Below the pieces are notes generated by a model. It did no database searches. It was not told where the DNA came from and saw only the letters and a list, made by a program, of their open reading frames with translations. This document shows, piece after piece, positions 1 to 7,852 of a stretch of 49,885 bases of DNA (its first letter is position 1; the number at the start of each line of letters is the position of its first letter). The DNA is from an uncultured Acidimicrobiales bacterium. Lineage in GTDB: Bacteria > Actinomycetota > Acidimicrobiia > Acidimicrobiales > SHLQ01. A program made the translations under genes and the position numbers. The stretch is taken from NCBI GenBank assembly GCA_964445255.1, contig CAYUKM010000001.1:1-49885 (forward strand), read 5' to 3'.

Positions 1-229
1 CTAACGACATCGCCTTTCCCCAGAGCGCCATCGCCGCTGTCGGGTCGAACCCCAATGCACGATGGAAACACCGATACGACTCCTCATGGTTGAAGGCATG
101 AATCCATTGACAGCCGCGGTCAAACCACATTTGGGCATCGGGAGAAGTTGTCTCGATCGCCATTCCAGCTCGACCAAGCGCAAAGTATGGCGAGGGGTCG
201 GCGGGCTCAAGATTGGCCTCGGTCATCAT
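1..229 (-). CDS. TPR-like protein, N-terminal fragment (gene continues past the left edge)
   Basis: Minus-strand frame is open from ATGATG (229..224) to position 1. It is absent from the ORF track because there is no stop in the window. Translation MMTEANLEPADPSPYFALGRAGMAIETTSPDAQMWFDRGCQWIHAFNHEESYRCFHRALGFDPTAAMALWGKAMSL shows a TPR-like pattern. Confidence 0.4.
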   Translation of the reverse strand, partial: MMTEANLEPADPSPYFALGRAGMAIETTSPDAQMWFDRGCQWIHAFNHEESYRCFHRALGFDPTAAMALWGKAMSL

Positions 230-280
230 CTCGCTCGAACTCACCCTTCTCGTCACTGGTTGTTGATTCTAGAGTTGACG

Positions 281-315
281 CCAAAACGTAAGGTGTCCGG
301 CACCTTACGTTTTGG
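281..315. repeat. Perfect 15-bp inverted repeat with 5-nt spacer: CCAAAACGTAAGGTG tccgg CACCTTACGTTTTGG
   Basis: Read directly. It lies in the divergent intergenic region between the minus-strand gene starting at 229 and the DUF445 gene. Function unknown. Confidence 0.9.
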
Positions 316-483
316 CTGGGAGTTCGTCGTTACGTCAGGCGGCTCACGCCGCAGCCGGATCCTCCACTTTCACGATCTGGAAGACGGTCAGGACCCCCGG
401 TGAGCCGATTGACGTCCGCAACAATCGCGTGGCGAAGTTGGTCTCCTCATCCTGTTAGAAACACTTGGCCCTACGATCAGGGG

Positions 484-1587
484 ATGGAATTAGAATCGCC
501 GCCGAGCGAACGGAAGATGTCAGCCCTTGAGGTAAAGCAACGTCGCGAATTGCGGAATACGAAAATTATTGCAACAGCGTTGTTGGTCGTGGCGGCGATC
601 ATCTTCGTACTCGCTCGCGCATACGAAGAGGACATCACCTGGCTTCGCTTCGTCCGGGTTACCGCCGAGGCCGCAATGGTCGGCGCAATCGCGGACTGGT
701 TTGCCGTTATTGCATTGTTCAAGCGTCCGCTTGGGCTACCGATTCCTCATACGGCACTCGTCCCGGTTCGCAAGGATGAAATCGGTGCAGGGCTGGGCGA
801 ATTTGTGCAGTCGAACTTTCTTACCGCGGAGATCATTTCTGAAAAGCTCGAGAGCCTCGACCCGACGCGAAGTATCGGCCTTTGGCTGCGTGAACCCGAA
901 AACGCGCGGACCGTCGTTGGCGAGCTGGAGGTGCCAGCATCGGCAGTTTCAGAAGTGCTCATGGACGATGTTCGAAAGATCATGGACGTTTTGGTCCGTG
1001 AGCGGCTGGACAGAACTGCGGTAGCCCCAATCATGGCTCGGGTTGTTGGAGCAGCGATTACCTTCCTGGGAGATGACGCTGACCAACTCCACGGCATTGG
1101 AGCGGGCGCAGACGTTCGCTCGAGCGAGCTTGCCGATCGACTTCGCTCCGACGAGGGGCTCCAAGCCCAAGGAGAGATGCTCAAACAAGAGCTGCTCGCC
1201 CACCCCGAGTTCGAGGTGTGGACAAAGGGCCTTTGGACGTCGTTGCGTCAGGAGTTCGGCGACGCCGTCAGCAAGGCAGATTCGGTTGCTCGTCAACGGG
1301 TAGAAGATGCGATCGTCGTTGCGGCCAACCAGCTGGTGAGCGACCGGGAGCTGCAAGCACGCATGGACGCATGGATCGAGTCGGTCGCGATCTCCATGGT
1401 TGCGGCCGCCGGTGCAGAGATTGGAGAACTGATCGAGGACACCGTTGCTGAGTGGGATGCCGATGACTTGATCGATCGTATCGAACCGCCCTTTGGTGCC
1501 GACCTACAATTCATTCGCATCAACGGCACGCTTGTCGGTGGTCTTGCGGGTCTTGCCATCTTTGTTGCTAGCGAATGGATCTTCTAA
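484..1587 (+). CDS. DUF445-family membrane protein
   Basis: ORF 400..1587. FKRPLGLPIPHTALVPVRKDEIG and the C-terminal FIRINGTLVGGLAG resemble DUF445 proteins. Start is uncertain (GTG 400, ATG 484 or ATG 517). Confidence 0.6.
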   Translation: MELESPPSERKMSALEVKQRRELRNTKIIATALLVVAAIIFVLARAYEEDITWLRFVRVTAEAAMVGAIADWFAVIALFKRPLGLPIPHTALVPVRKDEIGAGLGEFVQSNFLTAEIISEKLESLDPTRSIGLWLREPENARTVVGELEVPASAVSEVLMDDVRKIMDVLVRERLDRTAVAPIMARVVGAAITFLGDDADQLHGIGAGADVRSSELADRLRSDEGLQAQGEMLKQELLAHPEFEVWTKGLWTSLRQEFGDAVSKADSVARQRVEDAIVVAANQLVSDRELQARMDAWIESVAISMVAAAGAEIGELIEDTVAEWDADDLIDRIEPPFGADLQFIRINGTLVGGLAGLAIFVASEWIF

Positions 1588-1673
1588 CGCAGAGCAGTGA
1601 CAGAACGCAGGTCATTGGTCGCCGAGTTAGGGTATGACCGCTACAAACCAGGCTGATCAAGAAGGCGAAAACC

Positions 1674-2024
1674 ATGACTGAGCAATCACTATCCCTCTCC
1701 TCAACCGAACTTGGCGACATCCTCGTAGACGGTGGCGGCAACACCGTCTACTTGTTCAAAGCTGATGCCCAAGGCGAAAGCAAGTGCTACGACGACTGTG
1801 AGCAGAAATGGCCAGTCGTCGGCGCCGTGGCGAGCGTCGGTGACGGACTAGACGCATCGCTGCTTGGCACGAACACCCGCACCGACGGGTCAGCCCAAGC
1901 CACCTACAACGGTTGGCCCCTGTACCTCTTCTTCAAAGACGCGAGCCCTGGCGACGCTAACGGTCAAGGCATGAAAGACGTCTGGTACGTCGTCGATGCC
2001 CAGGGCAATGCAGTAGGCGCCTGA
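1674..2024 (+). CDS. COG4315 / Lipoprotein_15-repeat protein, no obvious signal peptide
   Basis: 116 aa with two repeat units (G.TVYLF.AD....C...C...WP and Y.GWPLYLF.KD..PGD.NGQG) typical of the secreted-repeat family. Confidence 0.55.
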   Translation: MTEQSLSLSSTELGDILVDGGGNTVYLFKADAQGESKCYDDCEQKWPVVGAVASVGDGLDASLLGTNTRTDGSAQATYNGWPLYLFFKDASPGDANGQGMKDVWYVVDAQGNAVGA

Positions 2025-2027
2025 AAC

Positions 2028-3422
2028 ATGAAGATGCGCATTGAATCGGACACCCTTGGAGACATTGAGGTCCCCGACGACAAGTACTGGGGTGCCCAGA
2101 CCGAACGCAGTCTGGAGAACTTCCCCATCGGCGGTCAGCAGATGCCGATCGAGCTCATCCGGGCATTTGCTCATCTCAAGAAGGCCGCGGCGCACGTCAA
2201 CGCAGAGACTGCTGGTTTAGATACAGACAAGGCCAACGCAATCACTCAGGTCTGCGACGAGATTCTCGCCGGCGACCTCGACGACCAGTTCCCTCTCGTC
2301 GTGTGGCAGACCGGTTCGGGCACGCAGAGCAACATGAACGTCAACGAGGTTGTTGCAAACCGCGCGACCGAGGTCATGGGCGGTGATTTCCGTACCGAGA
2401 AGCTCGTCAAGGCCAACGACGACGTCAACATGAGCCAAAGCTCAAACGACACCTTCCCGACCGCAATGCACATCGCGTCGTACGACAAGATCGTCACCGA
2501 GATGCTTCCGGGAGTGCAACAGCTCCGAGATACCTTGCACGCGAAGTCGACCGAGTTTATGACGGTCACAAAGACCGGGCGTACCCACACCATGGATGCG
2601 ACGCCGTTGACGCTCGGCCAGGAGTTCAGTGGCTACGTGACTCAACTCGACCGCGGAATGGCTGCCATTGGCGACTCGCTCGTTCGCCTGACCGAACTTG
2701 CGCTCGGCGGAACCGCGGTCGGCACTGGTTTGAACACTCCCCCGGGCTACTCCGAGAACGTTGCGGAAAAAATTGCCGAACAGACTGGCCATCCCTTCGT
2801 CACTGCGGAGAACAAGTTCGAGAGCTTGAGCGCGCACGACGCCATGGTCGAGATCAGTGGTTCTCTGCGCCGCCTTGCGGTCTCCTTGATGCACATCGGC
2901 AACAACATCCGGATGCTCGCTTCAGGTCCACGTACCTCGATTGCCGAGATCATTATTCCTGCGAACGAGCCAGGCAGCTCGATCATGCCGGGCAAGGTCA
3001 ACCCCACTCAGGTCGAGGCGTTGACGATGGTGTGCGTGCAGGTCATCGGCAACGACAGCGCCGTTGCGGTTGCCGGCACTCATGGCCAATTCCAGCTCAA
3101 CGTGTTCAAGCCAGTGATGGCCTACAACGTGCTCACCAGCGCACAACTGCTCGGCGACGCATGTCGGAGCTTCAACGATCGCCTAGCCGTCGGGATCGAA
3201 CCAAATCACGACCGCATCGAAGAACTCGTGAGCAAGAGCCTCATGCTGGTAACTGCGCTCAGCCCGAAGATTGGCTACTACAAGGCCGCCGAAATCGCGC
3301 AGACTGCCAACGACAACGGCACGACGCTTCGCGAAGAAGCAATCGCGCTCGGCTATCTCAGCGCCGAAGAATTCGACGACATTGTTGTTCCTGAGAAGAT
3401 GGTCGGCGACCTGCCGGGGTAG
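2028..3422 (+). CDS. fumC: Class II fumarate hydratase
   Basis: 464 aa. [16 protein letters not shown] signature (fumarase-type rather than aspartase-type) and the N-terminal [17 protein letters not shown]. Confidence 0.92.
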   Translation: MKMRIESDTLGDIEVPDDKYWGAQTERSLENFPIGGQQMPIELIRAFAHLKKAAAHVNAETAGLDTDKANAITQVCDEILAGDLDDQFPLVVWQTGSGTQSNMNVNEVVANRATEVMGGDFRTEKLVKANDDVNMSQSSNDTFPTAMHIASYDKIVTEMLPGVQQLRDTLHAKSTEFMTVTKTGRTHTMDATPLTLGQEFSGYVTQLDRGMAAIGDSLVRLTELALGGTAVGTGLNTPPGYSENVAEKIAEQTGHPFVTAENKFESLSAHDAMVEISGSLRRLAVSLMHIGNNIRMLASGPRTSIAEIIIPANEPGSSIMPGKVNPTQVEALTMVCVQVIGNDSAVAVAGTHGQFQLNVFKPVMAYNVLTSAQLLGDACRSFNDRLAVGIEPNHDRIEELVSKSLMLVTALSPKIGYYKAAEIAQTANDNGTTLREEAIALGYLSAEEFDDIVVPEKMVGDLPG

Positions 3423-3446
3423 ATTTCGCTTCCCCGGCAGTTGCCT

Positions 3447-4079
3447 CTATTGGTCAGCTTCGGCCATCTGTTGCTCGATTTGCTCGACGATGTCGACATA
3501 GGTTTCGAGCGGTTGAGCACCGTTGACGAGGTACTGGTTCTCGAAGACGACGGTCGGAATTCCGGTGATGTTCAGCGCCCGCGCGCTGTTGTATTCCTCG
3601 AAGACCAGCTCTTGCATGGCCTCGGCGCGAGTCGCAATGGCCTCGTTATAGGCAACAGCGTCGACGCCGACCTCGACAGCGAGCTCGGTAAGAACAGCCG
3701 GGTTGCTGATGTCTCGGTTGTCTCGGAAATACGCAGCCGTGACGAGATCGTAGTACGCCTTGGCCTTGTCAGGAGCTAGCTCCTCGAGAACCTTGTAGGC
3801 CACCTGCGCTTCGATGCTCGAGTGCGGCTGCGGGTCGTCGGTCACCCAAGGGGTGTACTCAAGCTCTGGCTCGAATTCTCTAGGGCGTAGCCAGCCCTGG
3901 GTGTAATTGATGAAATCTTCGCGTGCCCAATCACGTGGTCCGGTGCGGAGCAAGAATGCCTTCCGCGTAATCTCTACTCGATCTCCGAAGTGTTCTTTCA
4001 ATCTGTCGAGACGCACGGTCCCGATCCAGCACCACTCTCAAATGAAGTCGGAATAGAACGTTATTTGTACGGGTCGCAT
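3447..4079 (-). CDS. DsbA/FrnE-like thiol oxidoreductase with in-frame TGA at 4040..4038 (candidate selenocysteine, motif U-E-W-C)
   Basis: The track ORF 3447..4016 is DsbA-like (GIPTVVFENQYLVNGAQP) but lacks the CxxC motif. The same frame upstream reads ATG(4079) RPVQITFYSDFI TGA EWCWIGT. AGGAG lies 6 nt before ATG 4079. A hairpin starts 8 nt after the TGA. Confidence 0.65.
4003..4029 (-). promoter_or_regulatory. Candidate bacterial SECIS hairpin downstream of TGA 4040..4038
   Basis: mRNA CUG-(GA bulge)-UCGGGAC-[CGUGC]-GUCUCGA-CAG: 3 bp plus 7 bp (one G.U), pentaloop with GU at +25/+26 from the U of UGA. Confidence 0.45.
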
Positions 4080-4108
4080 TCTTAGCTCCTGTGTTTAGTA
4101 GATCTTCG

Positions 4109-4765
4109 TTAGTACAGCGTCTGCCGGTAGAAGGATTCCATATTGTCGTCGATGCGCTTCATCTCTTCGGGAGTAACGGGGCCACTGCCGGTGTGGTCGA
4201 GCATGACCTTGGCCATAGTTGGGAAGTCGCTGCGGTCCTGCTGCACGCTGGGGTCCCAGAGATTCGATCGGCGGAGCGCCTTAGCGCAGTGGATGTAAAC
4301 CTCGTCAACTTGCACCGCAATAGCGATCTTTGGGACACGACCTTTGATGTCCATCGTCTTGAGAAGGTCCGGATCTACTGTGAGCTGAGCGCCTCCGTTG
4401 ACGCGCATAGTTTCCTCAAAGCCTGGGATCAAGAAGATCAGCCCGACCCGAGGGTTCGTCACGATGTTTCTCAGCGTATCGATGCGGTTGTTGCCTGGCC
4501 GGTCAGGAATGAGCAGTGTCTTGTTGTCATCGAGGACCTTGACGAACCCAGGAGGGTCGCCCCGTGGAGTCACGTCGGCGTGGCCGTCGGCAGACTGGGA
4601 TCCAATCAGCATGAACGGCGAACGTTCGATGAAAACGCGAGCGTGTTCATGGATGTAATCCAGACACTTACTGGTGACAAATTCGTTGGCGGGGTGAAAT
4701 AACCGATCTAGGCCAGCAGCGTCGGAAACCAGGTATTCGGGATTGAGCTCGATGGGGTCTACCAT
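4109..4765 (-). CDS. PPOX-type FMN-binding split-barrel flavoprotein
   Basis: 218 aa. PFMLIGSQSADGHADVTPRGDPPGFV and NPRVGLIFLIPG..ETMRVNG are typical of the pyridoxamine 5'-phosphate oxidase-related family. Its stop lies 29 nt upstream of the DsbA-like gene start. Confidence 0.7.
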   Translation of the reverse strand: MVDPIELNPEYLVSDAAGLDRLFHPANEFVTSKCLDYIHEHARVFIERSPFMLIGSQSADGHADVTPRGDPPGFVKVLDDNKTLLIPDRPGNNRIDTLRNIVTNPRVGLIFLIPGFEETMRVNGGAQLTVDPDLLKTMDIKGRVPKIAIAVQVDEVYIHCAKALRRSNLWDPSVQQDRSDFPTMAKVMLDHTGSGPVTPEEMKRIDDNMESFYRQTLY

Positions 4766-4818
4766 GCTGGTCTTTCATCGGGGGAAAAGGCCGCCAGGAG
4801 TGGAAGCACGTTGGGAGC

Positions 4819-4840
4819 CCGAATTATTCGGACAATTCGG
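4819..4840. promoter_or_regulatory. Palindrome CCGAAT-T-ATTCGG followed by a third ATTCGG half-site; candidate operator
   Basis: Read directly, 54-75 nt upstream of the PPOX start (4765), inside the 205-nt gap downstream of the TetR gene. Confidence 0.25.
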
Positions 4841-4970
4841 CTCAACGGCGCCTTAGCTACGCTGCGTGGTTCAGTTTGAGCGAACCGTGTGTTGGCCGAC
4901 CGACAGTCTCTACGAACACGCTGATCACGATGCAGAAACCCGATTCGTACTTCCATCCCACTTGGTTAAC

Positions 4971-5546
4971 TCACGCCGCGGTCAGCAGCGCAGTGATGAC
5001 GTCGCCTGAGTCCGTGGGCAGATTGTTCGCGCCGCCCGCTCTGCTCAACAGCAACGAACCCTGCAGCGCAGCGAACAGTGTTGCGGCCACTGCAGGAATA
5101 GGGAGCGACAGGGCAATGTCGCCATCGCTCACGCCTTTGGCAAGTTCTTCTTCAAGCCAAATCTGTTGGGAGACGAAAAAGGCGTTGACCTCCGAGCGGG
5201 GTTTGTTTCCTACGGCTAACCATTCGGCGGAGACAGCCCCACCGAGACACAGCCGGCCGCTCTTGGCCGTTTCGCTAAACACTTCGGCATAGGCGTGAAT
5301 ACGGTCGAGTGCGGGCCCATCGGGAATTGCATCCACAACAGCCGCAAAGCGTTCTCGATAGTCGGCGGCCACCGCCGCCACCAAAGCTTCCTTATTGGGG
5401 AAGTGATGGTGGATCGACGGGGCCTTTATACCGAGTTCTTTGGCTATATCGCCATAGCTAAATCCGTTGACGCCCACTTGTTGAATGTGACGCGTTGCTG
5501 CGTCAATTACTTCGTCACGTATCGGGCGTCCGGAAGGTCGTGCCAT
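4971..5546 (-). CDS. TetR/AcrR family transcriptional regulator
   Basis: 191 aa with an N-terminal HTH (FSYGDIAKELGIKAPSIHHHFPNKEAL). Confidence 0.85.
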   Translation of the reverse strand: MARPSGRPIRDEVIDAATRHIQQVGVNGFSYGDIAKELGIKAPSIHHHFPNKEALVAAVAADYRERFAAVVDAIPDGPALDRIHAYAEVFSETAKSGRLCLGGAVSAEWLAVGNKPRSEVNAFFVSQQIWLEEELAKGVSDGDIALSLPIPAVAATLFAALQGSLLLSRAGGANNLPTDSGDVITALLTAA

Positions 5547-5552
5547 GGCAAC

Positions 5553-5572
5553 AGTCTACCTAAATGGAGACT
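5553..5572. promoter_or_regulatory. AGTCTA-N8-gAGACT inverted repeat (copy 3 of candidate TetR operator)
   Basis: Read directly, between the SDR stop (5577) and the TetR start (5546). Confidence 0.35.
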
Positions 5573-5576
5573 CGGA

Positions 5577-6332
5577 CTAGTTTCGTCCAGCCATGACACC
5601 ACCGTCGACGTCCCAAACAGCACCGGTTACCCAGGCGAACTCATCGGACAGCAAGCGATCGATAACCGCAGCGACGTCTGAGACCTGGCCGATACGGCCG
5701 ATCGGGTGGAAGGCGTTAAAGCTGTCTAACGTCTCGCGCATTGCCTCCGGTGGTACAAACGAGTCGAAGACTGGAGTCTCGACGAGGGCTGGCGAAATTG
5801 CGTTGACGCGGATGTTGCTGTCAGCGAGTTCCATGGCGAGATGCTGGGTGAATGAATGCAAGCCTGCCTTGGCCATTGAGTATGCCGATGAAGGCGTTGC
5901 CTTGATTGCCTGCTTTGCCCACATCGAACCGATGTTCACAATCGCTCCCCCGCCGTCTGCAGCCATCTTTGCAGCTACTGCCTGGGTGATGAAGAAGATC
6001 CCACGGTTGAGTTCGTGGTAGATGTCGTAGTCCTCCATGGTGTGGTCGAGGAAGGGCTTTGGCGAGAAGTGGCCAGCGGCGTTAACCAACTGATCGATCT
6101 TCGGGCCGTTCGCGATCTGCGCGTTGAACGCATCGCGCTGGGCAGTGTCGGTGATGTCGAGCTGGATTCCCGTTGCGGTTCCGCCACCGAGGCCGTTGAG
6201 CTCGGTGACCGTTGCGTTGAGGTCCTCAGCGCTGCGGGCAACGAGGGTTACGTCGGTGCCGTTGCCGATGAGGCGAGCTGCGGTAGCTCGACCCATGCCG
6301 GTTGAACCACCAATGATGAGTGCATGTGCCAT
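5577..6332 (-). CDS. SDR family oxidoreductase
   Basis: 251 aa with GGSTGMGRA (TGxxxGxG-type) and YSMAKAG (YxxxK) motifs. Confidence 0.85.
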   Translation of the reverse strand: MAHALIIGGSTGMGRATAARLIGNGTDVTLVARSAEDLNATVTELNGLGGGTATGIQLDITDTAQRDAFNAQIANGPKIDQLVNAAGHFSPKPFLDHTMEDYDIYHELNRGIFFITQAVAAKMAADGGGAIVNIGSMWAKQAIKATPSSAYSMAKAGLHSFTQHLAMELADSNIRVNAISPALVETPVFDSFVPPEAMRETLDSFNAFHPIGRIGQVSDVAAVIDRLLSDEFAWVTGAVWDVDGGVMAGRN

Positions 6333-6347
6333 GTGTGTTTACTCCAG

Positions 6348-6367
6348 AGTCTAGTTAGTAGTAGACG
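6348..6367. promoter_or_regulatory. AGTCTA-N8-TAGACg inverted repeat (copy 1 of candidate TetR operator)
   Basis: Read directly, 16 nt upstream of the SDR start codon (6332) in the divergent region shared with the FG-GAP gene. Confidence 0.4.
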
Positions 6368-6395
6368 GTTGACCGTAGCAGTCAGTTCTCTCGAA

Positions 6396-6415
6396 AGTCT
6401 ATGTCTTACTAGACT
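6396..6415. promoter_or_regulatory. AGTCTA-N8-TAGACT perfect inverted repeat (copy 2 of candidate TetR operator)
   Basis: Read directly. Its outer arms also pair with 6346..6355 (AGAGTCTAGT / ACTAGACTCT). Confidence 0.45.
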
Positions 6416-6473
6416 CTTAGGTTTGCCAATCGGATATGGTCAACCACAGCGAGAGAGGACAGGTGCAAATTCA

Positions 6474-7808
6474 ATGCGTGACAACAAGCCATTCCTATCG
6501 GTGTTGCCAACCCCCAAGAAGATGATGCGCGAGCGGGCGTTGAAGAAGTTCGCGGAAGAGGACGGCAATATCGTTCCGACCTTCACCGAAGTACAGAACG
6601 ACTTTGTGCACTCCCTTGAGGATGTGCTCGTGAGCTTTCCTGCCGTGGACGTAAAGGTCACCGACGCCACCCGAACCGGCAAGGCTGCCGTTCTGGTAAC
6701 CGGTGGCCTCGGCCAGCACAATGCGCTATTCGTCATCGAGGACGGCAAGGCCAAAGACATTGCCAAGGACTATGGGCTCGAAGGTCCAACAGATCAAGCG
6801 GCGTACGGGATTGCGATCGGCGACATCAACAACGATGGCGAAGACGAAATCCTGATCGGTATGGAGAACGCCATCTTCGTTTACTCGCGTGACGCCGGAA
6901 CGGATCGATACACCCAAACCGAGCTCGACATCGAACTCCCCGAAGCCGACCGGGCAATCCCGCTCAGCATCGCGCTTGGCGACACTCGCAAATCTGGCAA
7001 CCTCGACATCTACGTCAGCACGTTCATCAAGCCAAGGTTCATGACCCCGGTGATCTACAACGATCCCACAACGAGCACCGACAACGCCTTCTATATAAAC
7101 AACGGCGACGGCACGTTCACCGAGGCGACCGCCGAAGCCGGCCTCACCCTTCACCAGAACTGTTTCGAAGCGTCCCTTACCGACTTCACCGGCGACGGCT
7201 ACCCCGACATCGTTGTTGCCCTCAACACCGATCGTCCACGTATGTGGGGCAACAACGGCGACGGGACCTTCACCGAGAAAGACCTACCCGGGGAGTACGG
7301 ATTCTGGATGGGATTGGCTGTTGGCGATACGAACGGCAGCGGTCTGCCCGACTTCTTCCTCGCCAACTCGGGAAAGTCGGTGCCGCAACACTTTGCACGA
7401 GGCGATCTTCGAGACGATCAAATTAGCGACCTCGAATCTCGACACTTTCGCAACCTTGGCAACTATGAGTTCACCGATGTAACCGAAGAGACCGGCACCA
7501 TTACCGAAGCGTTCGCGTGGGGCTCCATCTTCGCCGACTTCACCAACAACGGCCACCTGGACCTTGTCGTTACCGAGAACTACGTCCAGTTCCCAATGAA
7601 GCTCCACGACATTTTGCCAACGGCCGGCAAGTTCTTTCTCCAAGGAATGAATGGCAAGTTCGTGCGAGCCGAGCAAGACGCCGGCGTCGCCAACTACCAC
7701 TTCGGGTACAAGCCATTGGCCGTTGACCTAACCGGCAACGGCTACAACGACCTGGTCATTGGCAACCTGCGTGGGCCATTGCGCATCTTCCTCAACGACC
7801 TCGGCTAG
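6474..7808 (+). CDS. FG-GAP/VCBS repeat protein (CRTAC1 / ASPIC-UnbV-like)
   Basis: Repeated D.N.DG..D / GD.NGDG..D loops (DINNDGEDEILIG, TDFTGDGYPDIVV, GDTNGSGLPDFFL, ADFTNNGHLDLVV, VDLTGNGYNDLVIG). ATG 6474 is preceded by GAGAGAGGA. The longer track start at 6324 overlaps the SDR gene. Confidence 0.65.
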   Translation: MRDNKPFLSVLPTPKKMMRERALKKFAEEDGNIVPTFTEVQNDFVHSLEDVLVSFPAVDVKVTDATRTGKAAVLVTGGLGQHNALFVIEDGKAKDIAKDYGLEGPTDQAAYGIAIGDINNDGEDEILIGMENAIFVYSRDAGTDRYTQTELDIELPEADRAIPLSIALGDTRKSGNLDIYVSTFIKPRFMTPVIYNDPTTSTDNAFYINNGDGTFTEATAEAGLTLHQNCFEASLTDFTGDGYPDIVVALNTDRPRMWGNNGDGTFTEKDLPGEYGFWMGLAVGDTNGSGLPDFFLANSGKSVPQHFARGDLRDDQISDLESRHFRNLGNYEFTDVTEETGTITEAFAWGSIFADFTNNGHLDLVVTENYVQFPMKLHDILPTAGKFFLQGMNGKFVRAEQDAGVANYHFGYKPLAVDLTGNGYNDLVIGNLRGPLRIFLNDLG

Positions 7809-7852
7809 ATCGACCTGAACTAGCGCAGTTCGCGGGCGAACGCCTTCAGCGG

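Noticed and set aside
1635-2024. An in-frame TGA at 1635..1637 upstream of the Lipoprotein_15-repeat gene, which lacks a signal peptide, was considered as a possible longer recoded N-terminus.
   Set aside because: The upstream in-frame translation is not protein-like and runs into the stop region of the preceding gene. ATG 1674 is the sensible start.
3447-4016. The GTG start at 4016 used by the ORF track for the DsbA-like gene.
   Set aside because: It has no RBS, it would delete the catalytic motif and first beta-strand, and it lies in the loop of the hairpin. The upstream ATG 4079 with AGGAG is a far better start if the TGA is decoded.
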